Assembly: GCA_918797485.1 (NCBI GenBank)
Contig: CAKKNE010000003.1
Location: 186,001 to 250,000 of the forward strand
Source: Pelagomonas calceolata
Lineage: Eukaryota
Direction: 5' to 3'
Length of the DNA: 64,000 nucleotides
Of this stretch, positions 41,609-51,894 are shown in pieces (the first letter of the stretch is position 1; every line of letters begins with the position of its first letter). The position numbers and the translations under genes were made by a program. The notes beneath the pieces are model-generated. The model was given only the letters and a program-made list of their open reading frames with translations, was not told where the DNA came from and did not search any database.

Positions 41609-41942
41609 TTTGCTGAGCAGGCAAGTCGCAGTGCTGCTATGCCTTTGTAGAGCGCAGCACTGCTATGCAGTGAGACGGAGACGCGGCAATAGACGCAGCA
41701 CAGCAAGCGCAGCACTGTGCAGCTAGAAACTAGGACAGCAGGAAGCCTGCCGGGGCGTGGCAAAGCTTTTTTTGCGCGATGCGTCGGAGCTAGCGTCGTG
41801 TAAGACACTAGCCTGGACAGCCGCACACATGCTTTTGGCTTAAGCTCGGCCGCGTTAGCCGCCGCGGCTCTGCAGGACCCGGAAAAAAGGCACCCTGCCT
41901 CCAGAGCTCGCAACCCGCAGCGCTCCTGCTGTCAAAAAAACC

Positions 41943-42653
41943 ATGCCGAATGCCCTGTACCTCCTCCTGGCAGCGACGGCCGCCGCGGCGCCATACAAGT
42001 GCGACGTAGAGCACGCCTTCGGCGCGACCGCGACCTACGCGCGGCGCGCGACGCTGACCGTCGACCCGGACCGCGCGAACCACAACAAGCTGAAATTCGC
42101 GCCGGACAGCCTGCCGCTCGTCGGCGCCAACGCGACCGCCTTCGCCGACCTCGCCAAGGCGGACGGCGTCTACCGAATTAGAGTAAGACGCGAGGGCGCG
42201 CGGGCCTGGGCGAGCGCCTCGATCCGGGCGTGCGACCTCGCGGCGTCAAATTATGAGGAGGATTTGAGCGTGGCACTCGACGCGCGCGGCGACGTGGTGG
42301 CGCTCGCCTACCGGAACGCGCGTTTGGAGGGATGCGACGCGGGCGCGCCAGGGGAGGACGCCGCGCTCACGTCTTCGGCCTCACCAGCGCTCGACGCCGT
42401 CGCCCAGGTGATCCCCGTCCAGGCCAAGGTCGCGCGGCCGCCCTCGGGCTTCGGGAGCGTGCTGCCGCGCGACGGCGGCGCGCGGCCGGGCGGCGCCACC
42501 CCGGGCGCCCCGGGTGCGGACGAGGAGCGGCCGCCCCCCACCTCTTTCTTCCGCAAATACTGGCACATCATCCTGCCGCTCGCTTTGCTCCTGCTGACGA
42601 CGGGCGAGCCCGAGCCCACGAAGGTGACGAAGGTCGCCGAGAAGTCCGACTAG
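41943..42653 (+). CDS. EMC10: ER membrane protein complex subunit 10-like
   Basis: Signal peptide, YRIRV...ASASIRAC.L motif, and SFFRKYWHIILP before the C-terminal TM. Confidence 0.8.
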   Translation: MPNALYLLLAATAAAAPYKCDVEHAFGATATYARRATLTVDPDRANHNKLKFAPDSLPLVGANATAFADLAKADGVYRIRVRREGARAWASASIRACDLAASNYEEDLSVALDARGDVVALAYRNARLEGCDAGAPGEDAALTSSASPALDAVAQVIPVQAKVARPPSGFGSVLPRDGGARPGGATPGAPGADEERPPPTSFFRKYWHIILPLALLLLTTGEPEPTKVTKVAEKSD

Positions 42654-42716
42654 TCTGTTCATAACTAACATTAACGGGATAGCTCGCCGGCGTTGGTGGA
42701 AGGGAGAGAGAGGAAG

Positions 42717-43522
42717 TCAGTCGAAGACGGAGCCGAGCACGGCGTCGACGGTGTCGCCGTCGCAGAGCAGGGAGTCGCGCTTCTCGCGCTCCTTCGGCGG
42801 CGTCGGCGGCGCCGGCTCCTTCCGCGAGGAGACCGCCGTGAAGGCCGAGGGCGAGCGGCGGCCGTCGAACGTCGCCAGCGACTCCAGGGTCTCGGTCGAC
42901 GGCAACGACGGGAACGCCGGCGCCGGCGCCGGGGCGGCACCGGCACCCGTCGCGTAGAAGGGCCCGTTCGGTTCGTATTGTTGCACGACGTGCGGTACGA
43001 GGACGTTGTTCACGAGGCCGACCGGAGCCGCTCGCAGGCCGCGTCGAAGTCGGCGCCGGGCGCGTCGCAGACGAGCACGATGGTGGCGGGCGGCGCGTGC
43101 TCGACCTGCGCGTTGGCATGTCTATTGGGGGCGGCTTGACTCTGACTTTTTGTCGACCCCGTTGAAGGTCCCGATTCCTGCGCGGAGCACGTACCGCCCA
43201 CAAAGCCGCCTCGAGCGCCGGCGACGCGTCGGCGGACAGGACTTGCACGTCTGGCGCCGTCAGTTGTACATCGGGCGCGAGGAGCGCCGAAAGTGCGGCC
43301 ACTGCATCACGATTGCCGTCCGGGTACACCACGCGCTCCCTGCGGGGAAAAGCGGTCAGCGCGCGTAGGCGAGGCGCCGGCGAGTCGTTTTCGCGGGGGA
43401 ACGCACCACAGGACAGTCGCGGATGGCGCCATGCCGACATTTAGCGCCGCAAGCCCGGAGATCACGCCGCATGAACCCGTTTTATCAACCGAAAAAACGA
43501 GATCCTCATACACACCAAACAC
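42717..43522 (-). CDS. Fragmented hypothetical gene (introns and/or frameshifts)
   Basis: Protein-like segments occur in successive frames (VFGVYEDLVFSVDK; TIVLVCDAPGADFDAACERL; VNNVLVPHVV...VLGSVFD). The structure is unresolved. Confidence 0.35.
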
Positions 43523-43792
43523 GTGATATTTCCCTACCGAGGGATAGGTGGACTCAAAAACTTAGCGCACGGGTTCAGTGGCCCCATGTCACACTGATCA
43601 CAAGCCCATCATCACATCGCTGCCCAGGCAAGCGCAGCGCTCGCACACGGTAGCCCAGGAAGACTATCAGTCGAGCTGTGCAGCTTTTGCACGCACGGCT
43701 GCCGAGCGAGGCAGCCCACACAGTGCATACAAGGGCAGCATACGAGACGCAGCAAGCGAAGTCAGCCCCTCACACGAGCAGCCAAAAAACCG

Positions 43793-46069
43793 ATGGCGGA
43801 CGACGCCGACGCCGCCCGCAAGGAGCGCATGGCCGACTACAGGGTCGGCGGCCGCCACCTCGTGCACCTCGGCCCGGACGTCCTTTCAAGAGATACGATG
43901 ACGAAGGAGCGCGCGCTCACGCCCCTCGGCGAGGAGCCAGCGCCGCGGGAGAGCGTCGCGTCGCCTGTGTCGCAGAAGAGCCCGCGGTCGTCGCTCACGA
44001 GCACGCCGCGCGCTTTAGTGAAGCGTGTCTCGAAGCGGCTGCAGCGCATGGGCAGCCGCGCATCTTCATTATTAGAAGTGGGCAAGCAGGAGCAGGATTT
44101 CTTTGATCTGGACGATAGCTATCTTGATAGTAGGAAGATGGACCATCGAACAGTTATCAGAGGCCACTATCCGCGCCGCGAAAAGTGGTATGCGGCACTC
44201 GACCCGGACGGTCCGAGAAGGCAGGGCTGGGACGGTCTCATGTTGGCGTTGGTTGTTTATGTGTTGTTCGTGACCCCTTACGAGCTCGCTTTCGTTGCTC
44301 ATGTAAAAAAAACATCAGCTTTATACATATGCAATACGATCGTCGATGTATGCTTCTGGTGCGACGTCCTCTTTCAATTCAACACGGGCTATTACCATGC
44401 TGATCAAGGAAGATGGATAACAGATAGAAAAGGTATCGCGTCTAGATACTTAAAGCTCTGGTTCTGGCTGGACATGGCTAGTCTATTACCTTTCGGTTTG
44501 ATGGTGCAACGGGAAGACGTGTCCATTCTGAGATTAATAAGATTGATTCGACTCTTTAAATTACTGCGGGTGGCGAAGGCGCCTCGACTCCTCGCGAACA
44601 TCCAAGTGATAGCCACCATGTCCTACAAGCAAAAGTGCGTCTGGAAATATCTACTAGTCTTATGTAGTATGTTGCATTTGATGGCCTGTGCCATCCGCAT
44701 GGCCCACGACTTTCAACGGGGGACGAAGACGCACTACGAGACCAATAGTTACTTAAGGTGGCGCGTTCTTGAGAGTAGAAGAAGTAGTTTCAGGGGCAAC
44801 GGCGCGTTGTACGTCGATTCCCTGGACTGGGCCGTGTCGGTCATGCTCGGGAACAGTGCTTATAGAACGACGGCCGAGGGCATCATCAGTATCCTAGGTA
44901 ATCTGTTCGGGGTCATGTTCGTGGCGTTTCTCTTTGGTGATTTGACGAATATCCTATGTAATTTAGATCCTGCTGCGAACGAATTTAAACAAACGGTAGA
45001 CAATTTGAACCGCTTCGCCTACGAGCAGCAGTTCCCGAAGGAGGTTCGGTCGGCCTTGCACGAATATTTACAACAGTCGGAGGGGTTATTTCGGTCGAAG
45101 TTCCACCACTCGCTACTCAATCAGTTGTCGCCCAATTTGCAGGAGTTGATTGCGCACTTTCAACTCGGCCACCGCGTCGTGCGGGCGCCCTTTGTGACGT
45201 ACGCGCGGCAGTGCACGCTTGGTTTAGTGGTCGGTCGCAGATTGGTCATCCGACCGCCGCGGGGCCACCAGCACACTTATCTCGACGACGAAACGATCGA
45301 CGAGGACGACCCCGACGACGACGAGTTGTACTCGAGAGCCTTTGCCAAGAAAGGTAGACGAGAAGCTGTGATTGTCAGGATCCACCCGGACATGCAGTAC
45401 GACGTGCGCTATTTGGACGACGCGACGATGGAGGAACGCGTGACCCACGACCGCATTAGTGTCAGAGACGAGTCGCAGCGGATCCAGAAGGCCGTGTCGC
45501 GGATGGAGTACGTCACGAAGCTACTGGTGACGCAGGTGGCCAAGGCGCTGGAGATGCATTTATTTATGGGCGGCGACTTCGTGATCCGGAAGGACATCAC
45601 TTTAAATAGAGCGATGTACATCGTTGATTCCGGAAAGGTTATGCTCCTTGGTTCCGATGTATTGAAGCCCTGGGGCATGTCCTTCTCCCCAGAAGGCGAG
45701 TGCTTCGGCGACCGGTCCATCGCGATGATCGTCGCCGGGCATGCACCAAGACCTTCCTGGTACAACGCGCGCGCGACGCAGATCTCACGATTACTAGTAC
45801 TGGACGCCGCGCAACTCGTCGAGATCATCACGGCGCCCGGCTTCGAGCAGTTCCACAAATTCATCCACCGTTTTGGGGTGTGGGCGTCGTTCAAGGTCGC
45901 GTTCGCGCGGGCCATGCGCGAGGGCGGCATCGCGCGCATCGCGGACGAGTGGCTCGCGCGCGAGCAGGCGGCCGCCGCTGCATCAGAAGAGGAGGTGCCC
46001 CTCGACCTGCGGCTCGACGCGCTAGAACAAAAACTCGACGCGCTCCTCGCGCGGACCTCGTCTGGTTAA
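43793..46069 (+). CDS. Voltage-sensor/CNBD-family cation channel with atypical pore
   Basis: S1 WDGLMLALVVYVLFVTPYELAF, S4 LRLIRLIRLFKLLR, C-linker LLNQLSPNLQ and CNBD MYIVDSGKV..GECFGD. Confidence 0.85.
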   Translation: MADDADAARKERMADYRVGGRHLVHLGPDVLSRDTMTKERALTPLGEEPAPRESVASPVSQKSPRSSLTSTPRALVKRVSKRLQRMGSRASSLLEVGKQEQDFFDLDDSYLDSRKMDHRTVIRGHYPRREKWYAALDPDGPRRQGWDGLMLALVVYVLFVTPYELAFVAHVKKTSALYICNTIVDVCFWCDVLFQFNTGYYHADQGRWITDRKGIASRYLKLWFWLDMASLLPFGLMVQREDVSILRLIRLIRLFKLLRVAKAPRLLANIQVIATMSYKQKCVWKYLLVLCSMLHLMACAIRMAHDFQRGTKTHYETNSYLRWRVLESRRSSFRGNGALYVDSLDWAVSVMLGNSAYRTTAEGIISILGNLFGVMFVAFLFGDLTNILCNLDPAANEFKQTVDNLNRFAYEQQFPKEVRSALHEYLQQSEGLFRSKFHHSLLNQLSPNLQELIAHFQLGHRVVRAPFVTYARQCTLGLVVGRRLVIRPPRGHQHTYLDDETIDEDDPDDDELYSRAFAKKGRREAVIVRIHPDMQYDVRYLDDATMEERVTHDRISVRDESQRIQKAVSRMEYVTKLLVTQVAKALEMHLFMGGDFVIRKDITLNRAMYIVDSGKVMLLGSDVLKPWGMSFSPEGECFGDRSIAMIVAGHAPRPSWYNARATQISRLLVLDAAQLVEIITAPGFEQFHKFIHRFGVWASFKVAFARAMREGGIARIADEWLAREQAAAAASEEEVPLDLRLDALEQKLDALLARTSSG

Positions 46070-46114
46070 TTCTTAGTCTTTCTTGGCGCGACGTGAGACC
46101 TAGTCTGGTAATTT

Positions 46115-46700
46115 TTAGTCTTTCTTCGCGCGGAGCACACGGATCCCGCCCGCCAATTTGGCGACGGCGCGGACGTGGCGCACGAGCTCGGCGCGCTTGC
46201 ACGGCTCGCCCTGGATGCAGATGTCGCTCGACACGCGCGTCGAGAATTTGTACCAGCGCGTCGGCGCGTGCAACCCCAGAAAGTCCTCGAACCGGTCGAG
46301 GGCCATGACGACGACGTCCGTCGGCGTCTTGTAGCGCTCCGCGGTCCGCACCCAGACCTGCGACCTGTGCGTAATCAACCGCGTTGACCAGCCCCTGGCA
46401 CGCGCCATCGACGAATCGACGACGATCGACGCGACATTGTGCGACTCTCTCGTCCTCGGCGCGGAGTCACTACGGTTATTTCCACACGACCCGTGACTCC
46501 GTCACCATTAGATCGTATTCGGGCACGTCCACACGGCTGTTACGGGGGTCCTTGTAGACGATTATTCCGATGCCGCGATTCGCGGGCTGAGTCAAGAAGA
46601 CCGGCTTGGCAAAATCCAAAACCACACGCGCGAGCTGCTTGCAGATCTCGGACTGCGATTCGTCGGGCGCGTCGCTCCGGCGTACCGGGGAGCCAGACAT
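46115..46700 (-). CDS. Hypothetical protein; 133-nt introner-derived intron 46365-46497
   Basis: Splicing joins YDLMVTE|SQVWVRTAERY, linking ORFs 46476-46700 and 46115-46408. Confidence 0.65.
46365..46489 (-). mobile_element. Degenerate, shortened introner
   Basis: Minus-strand ends TCGTGTGGAAATAA and TTGATTACGCACAG resemble the family TIR. Imperfect 8-bp TSD GTCACGGG / GTCGCAGG. Confidence 0.75.
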
Positions 46701-46927
46701 TATAAATCAATTATAAGGAACTCAAAAATTTTTGATCGATCAATCGGCTCCAGAGACGCTCACGAGTAACGCTCCAGGACGGCGCGACCGGCGCCGGACG
46801 CGACGTGCGCGAGTCACCCGTCGCCTCGAATCAATTGCGCTTCGCTGTCGGGCTGTGACGGCATTCAAAACCCGTTCAAAACCCGAAAAACGCTGTCGGA
46901 GGCGCTGCACGCAGCCGCCGCGACGCG

Positions 46928-47839
46928 ATGGCAGCCTGGCCGCCACCAGCGGCACCAGAACCATCTCCAGACGATGGCTTCCAATCGCTGCGCGCCAGAC
47001 TCACCGGTGCACAGACAAGGGCAGCGGGCGATTTGGCAGGCCAGCTCGTCTTCCGAATCCTGCCCGGCGGCACCTGCGAGCTCTGGCGCGGCAGCGGCGA
47101 GCACGTGAAGGACGTCGCCGAACTGTCCGTCGCGTCCGTGCTCGCGGCCGCGGCCGAGGACGCCGAGCGTACTGGGTATGCGCCGTCCGTGCTGCTCGTC
47201 GACCAGGCGCTCGTGCCAGCGCTGCGACGAGCGCTGTGCAACACGCCGACGACGGCGAGCGCGCTGCCCGCGGGGCGCGCCCACAACGACGCGGTGCTCT
47301 TCTCCCCGTCCCAGCCGGCGCGGCGCGTCGAGGTCCCGCGCGGCGCCGCCGTGAAGATCATAGGATTGCAGAACGCTGCGGATCTGAACGGTCGCGGTGC
47401 CAAAATCCAGCGCTTCGATCCAAAAGCGGGCCGCTACCGCGTGCAGCTCGACGGCGACGGCGACCGCTGCGCGCGCGTCAGGCCCGCGAATCTGCTACAA
47501 TTGATCGAGGTCATCCACGTCACGAGCGGGGCGTTCGGGAGGATCCGCGACAAGGCCGTGAACGGCGAGGGAAAAGCGCCGGGCGAGCGCGACGGCTACC
47601 TCGTCAACGGCGGGCCTCCCATCTTCGGGGCCACGGACATCAAGTCGTTCTGGGCCTGCGAGGACACGTGCGTGCCCGTGGGCACGTGCGTGCGGGTCGA
47701 GTACTCCGACCCCGCCTGGGACGCGCAGAACCAGGCGCTCGTCGAGCGCGTGGACCTCGGGAAGCGGTTATATATCGTGCGCGGCGGCGCCGACGCGGAG
47801 CGGAAGGTCGAGGTGGCGTTCGGGGCGGTGCGGGTCTAA
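46928..47839 (+). CDS. Hypothetical protein with SH3/KOW-like segments
   Basis: VKIIGLQNAADLNGRGAKI..GRYRVQLD..VRPANL. Confidence 0.55.
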   Translation: MAAWPPPAAPEPSPDDGFQSLRARLTGAQTRAAGDLAGQLVFRILPGGTCELWRGSGEHVKDVAELSVASVLAAAAEDAERTGYAPSVLLVDQALVPALRRALCNTPTTASALPAGRAHNDAVLFSPSQPARRVEVPRGAAVKIIGLQNAADLNGRGAKIQRFDPKAGRYRVQLDGDGDRCARVRPANLLQLIEVIHVTSGAFGRIRDKAVNGEGKAPGERDGYLVNGGPPIFGATDIKSFWACEDTCVPVGTCVRVEYSDPAWDAQNQALVERVDLGKRLYIVRGGADAERKVEVAFGAVRV

Positions 47840-47858
47840 TCTGTGATGTCTTACTGGT

Positions 47859-48661
47859 CTATTCATCCGCGCGGCACTGGCGGCGGCGGGCGCGCGTCGA
47901 TGGCGTGGCGGCGGGCTTCTCGCAGCGGCGCTTGCGCGATTTCCGTGGCGGCCCATGGCCGTCCGCCTTCTTGGTGCGCACGCGCGGAACGAGACGACCG
48001 TCGACGACCGGGTTCGTCTTGCGCCGGCCTTCTAACCCCGCTCGCCGGATCGCGGCGTTAACGGCGTGCGCGGCCTCCTCCTGCGTGTCGAAGTGGCCGA
48101 TGTGGCGCTCCTTGCCGTTCGCGTCTTTGTATCGCGCCTGCCACCGTCGTTGGCCCTTGTTCCAGGTCACGCCCCAGAACTTCGACGTCGTCGCCGACGG
48201 CGCGCGCGAGGGGTCCGGCGCGACGACGGCGGAGCGGTCGCGCACGTATTCGCGCGGCACCAGCGCGCCCGTCGCGTCGAACGCGTTCGTGCGCCGCTTG
48301 CCTGTGAGGCCCACGTCGCGAATCGCTTTATTGTAAGCGCGCGCCGCCTCCTCTTCGTCGTCGAACAGGCCGATGTGGCGCTGCTTGCCGTCCGCGTCTA
48401 TGTAGTACGCCTTCCACTTCTTGCTGCGCCGAACCAAGTCACGCCCCAGAACCGCGACGCCGTCCGCGCGCCGCCAGCATCGTCGGGCACGACGTCCTCG
48501 GAAAAGCTCGTGGCCGAGCTAGTGATGCCGAGGGCCTCCGACGATACCGACCGGTCGTCGTCGTCCACGGTCTCCAGGTCTCCGTTTATCGCGACGATCG
48601 ATTCTTGGCCAACGATGATGGCATCGAGCCGAGCGAGCACGTGCGGGGGCGGCAACTCCAT
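47859..48661 (-). CDS. Two-AP2-domain DNA-binding protein, frameshifted near 48435
   Basis: SRFWGVTW..KKWKAYY..GKQRHIGLFDDEEEAARAYN and SKFWGVTW..RRWQARY..HIGHFDTQEEAAHAVN. Confidence 0.75.
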
Positions 48662-48934
48662 CTTGTTCAGTTTCAGCCTTCAAGAGAGCAAGAGGCTTAG
48701 AGAGCACTTGACTTGTCTCAGGGCTTTTCTAGGTTGGTCGGAAGTTAGCGGAAACGACGACCCCTTCGGCGGGTTGTATCAGCGCTTGATAACCCCGCTC
48801 CGCCTCTCTTGGCGCCCACTTCACAAGCTGATCATCAGCCTCGAAAACCTGTTTTACGGCGTCGACGCGAACGCGTCGAGAGGAAAGCCAAGCTATACAG
48901 ATAAATTTTAAAAAACCACACCGCCCCCCCCCCC

Positions 48935-49546
48935 TCACCACTGGTCCGCCAGGAACATTTGTAGTTCGCGCGCGAGGCGGTTGACCGGCAGGCCGACGAC
49001 GTTGTGGTAGCACCCGTCGATGCCCTCGACGAAACACCCCGCCCGCCCCTGAATCCCATAACCGCCGGCCTTGTCCAGGGGGTCGCCCGTCGCGACGTAG
49101 TCGTCGATGGCCGCGGCAGGTAACTTCGAGAACGTGACTTTTGTACAAGCGTGGAAGCCACAACTACGACCCTTGTGGAAGAGCGCGACGCCCGTGATCA
49201 CTTTGTGCGTCTTGCCCGAGAGTTTCGAGAGCATGTCGCGCGCGTGGTCGTCGTCGCGCGGCTTTTCTAGTATCTTATCTTTTCGCACGACGACGGTGTC
49301 CGCGCTGATCACCAACTCGTCCGGCGCGTTCCGTGCTTTCACTACACTTTCACCCTTCGCCGTCGCGGTCCGTAGCGCGTAGTCCGCGGCGTCCGTGTCC
49401 TTCGGGAGGTCCTCGGCGAAGTCGCTCGTCTGCACTTCGAAGCCGTACTCTTCCGGTAAGACCAGTCCTAACAGTTCCTTCCGCCGCGGCGAGCCGCTCG
49501 CGAGGACCACGGCTGAGACCGACGCAAGGGCTTCCTTTAGGAGCAT
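48935..49546 (-). CDS. Maf-family nucleotide pyrophosphatase
   Basis: VVLASGSPRRKELL, VISADTVV, LEKP, DKAGGYGIQG and NVVGLP motifs. Confidence 0.92.
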   Translation of the reverse strand: MLLKEALASVSAVVLASGSPRRKELLGLVLPEEYGFEVQTSDFAEDLPKDTDAADYALRTATAKGESVVKARNAPDELVISADTVVVRKDKILEKPRDDDHARDMLSKLSGKTHKVITGVALFHKGRSCGFHACTKVTFSKLPAAAIDDYVATGDPLDKAGGYGIQGRAGCFVEGIDGCYHNVVGLPVNRLARELQMFLADQW

Positions 49547-50071
49547 GGTGCTGTTTCTTTCAGTTCTTGCAGCTGCACAGTTGCTGGGCAACGCAGACAG
49601 CTGGCCAGAGACGACAGCAACTTGCGCAGGTGCAAGCACAACTACGAGAGGCACCGATGCACAATTTTGCGCGTCGCCAGGCAGCTGTAAGTCGACGTTT
49701 AGCGCGTTTTGGCTGAAAAAGCTCGAGGGCCTAAACCCGCACACAATGGCCAACCGCGAAACGCAGGCGTTGCCCGCAAAGAGGACTCGTCGCAGGCCCG
49801 AACAAGCTCGGTACGAGTCCCGCAGCGGGCGGGCCTCGGCTCAGCTTGCTTTGCCCAAGCTATCCCAAAGCCACTGCGCGTACGACGCGTACGACTCGAC
49901 GCCGCTGATAAGGACTCGTCGTAAGCCCTACCGCAGCGATCTGAATCCATTGCTGCGAAAAGAGGCGCCGCGCGCCGCGCATAGAGGGAGTACACAGAGC
50001 TCACCTCTCCCCAGAGGCACTGCAAGCAAAGCGCAGACGTCGTCGCCGACGCGTTGTAGCGTAGAGCAACG

Positions 50072-50677
50072 ATGATGCGCGCCGCCCTCGTCCTCGTATA
50101 CCTACAAACGACGACGCCGCTCCAATGCCCGCATGGCCGACGGATCATGACGCGACGACCAATGAGCCCGAACGACATCATGACCGCGACCGAGTGGGGC
50201 CGCCTCATGACCGACGCCTCCGCGGGTCTGGTGGGAGGGTCCATGGGCGTCATGGGCACTTTAGCTGTGTATGAAAATAACCGCTTCCACGCGAAGCAAC
50301 GAAGTATCTGCGCGTACTGCGAGGGCACGGGCTTCATCAAGGGCGCGTCCTACCAATCTTCATCAGGAGACTGGCTCCGCAAGGCCGACGGCGTCTGCAT
50401 CAACTGCGAGGGCACCGGGCTCAGCATCCCCGCGACGTTGGACCGGAAAGGAATTAAGCAACAAGACGACGAACTGGAAACGAAGCTCGACGAAATCGGC
50501 ATCGCCGCGCTCGCCGACGACATCGTCCGCGCGGAGAACAGTCCGGGCGACATGTTGGAAGTGACGCGCATGTTGCAACGAAGAGCATTGGCACGGGCGG
50601 GCCAGAAGAAGCCGATGACCGAGGCGGAGAAGTATGCTGCCAGCGTCCGTACGTATCTGTCGAGGGCGCGACGATGA
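50072..50677 (+). CDS. DnaJ-type zinc-finger protein, probably plastid-targeted
   Basis: CAYCEGTG and CINCEGTG repeats after a hydrophobic segment; signal-like N-terminus. Confidence 0.7.
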   Translation: MMRAALVLVYLQTTTPLQCPHGRRIMTRRPMSPNDIMTATEWGRLMTDASAGLVGGSMGVMGTLAVYENNRFHAKQRSICAYCEGTGFIKGASYQSSSGDWLRKADGVCINCEGTGLSIPATLDRKGIKQQDDELETKLDEIGIAALADDIVRAENSPGDMLEVTRMLQRRALARAGQKKPMTEAEKYAASVRTYLSRARR

Positions 50678-51193
50678 AAGCCTTTTTCCCATAAACATTC
50701 GCAGTAAAAGCCGAGCGAGAGCACTGTCTCCGAATGGGGCAAAAGATGTTACTTCCTTGGATGTCTGAGCGCCGCTGTCGTGTCGCGAGAGTGCTGCGCC
50801 GCCGTCGCCGCCTTCTCACGCTTTTTGTCGCGCAGGCTCGCGCGGTCGCGAGCATCGAACCCGAAGACCGAAAAGGCGAAGGCGGAGCGCGTGGCGAACC
50901 CCCGGAAGTAATAAGACCAAAGAATACCTAGGCTATCCCTCGCGTCGTTGCGCTCGGGTTTAATCGTGCGTTTCGCGGAGATTGACCCAATATCTCAGAG
51001 TTGGAGTCAGGGCGCACGCCGAGCAACGACCCGCGTTAGCTAACGTGCACTGTCCGACTGCTCCTGTTCCCGAGGCGTTGTTCGCGCGGCGAGTCGCATC
51101 TCCTGCTGCAAAAACAACTTGAGGAGCAACCTCACACTTTTTGTGCTTGCAGACCTAAGGCCGGGTGTGACGAAAGAGAAACTTTGTTTGCAG

Positions 51194-51549
51194 GAACATG
51201 CCGATCTAATGAATGGCTTGCGCACATTATTCGTTCCTCCAGAGACAGCGTTCAGAACGGGTGCAACGCAGTTGGTGACGCCCTCTTAAACTTTGACGAA
51301 TCTGATGGTTGCTACGCTAAATTGCCCGATGGCAGCCTTCGTTTCAACACTGGTTGTTCTGGAACTACGAGCGACAATTGCGTAACTCTCCTTCCAGACG
51401 AAGGCCAGCATAGTAATGCGAAATGCGTTTGGAGTCAGGCGAAGGAAGTAGTTTGTGCCGACGCTGCCTTCCACGACTCCGGTGATTCGTGCTTTGACAA
51501 CGAATTTGACTCTGACTCAGGGTATCTCTGGAATCAGTGTCGCGACTGA
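51194..51549 (+). CDS. Last exon of a Cys-rich hypothetical protein
   Basis: Open frame with 9 Cys after a TTTGCAG acceptor; lower GC than neighbours. Upstream exons were not resolved. Confidence 0.4.
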
Positions 51550-51894
51550 CGACGCAAGACGACCACCGTCGTGCATGACTGACCCCCACCGTTTTAACGG
51601 TACACGGGGTCACGACCAGACGACGCTCGTATCTAGCACCCGTCCCCGATCCTACCCCGCGTAATCTCATGACTTCGAACAACTACACTAAGAAAAGTAG
51701 CCCCATCGTCGCTACCGCTCTGCGGCCGCGGCCCGGGGCCACGTCCATACCAGCGTCGATGGCGTCTCAAAGCCGCCCCCCCCCCACTGGGCCCCAGGCT
51801 GTTGCGCCGACGGCGGAAGGGTCCCGGGCGCGTGCGAGGGGCCACTAAAAGCCCACAAGGAGCGCCTCGACGCAGACAAGTACAAAAGAGCCAC

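Noticed and set aside
230..48440. Programmed frameshifting at about 235, 940, 2727, 5025, 43015 and 48435
   Set aside because: These are single-base shifts, several at short homopolymers, in unrelated genes, with no shared slippery motif. Assembly indels are more parsimonious; this needs a read check.
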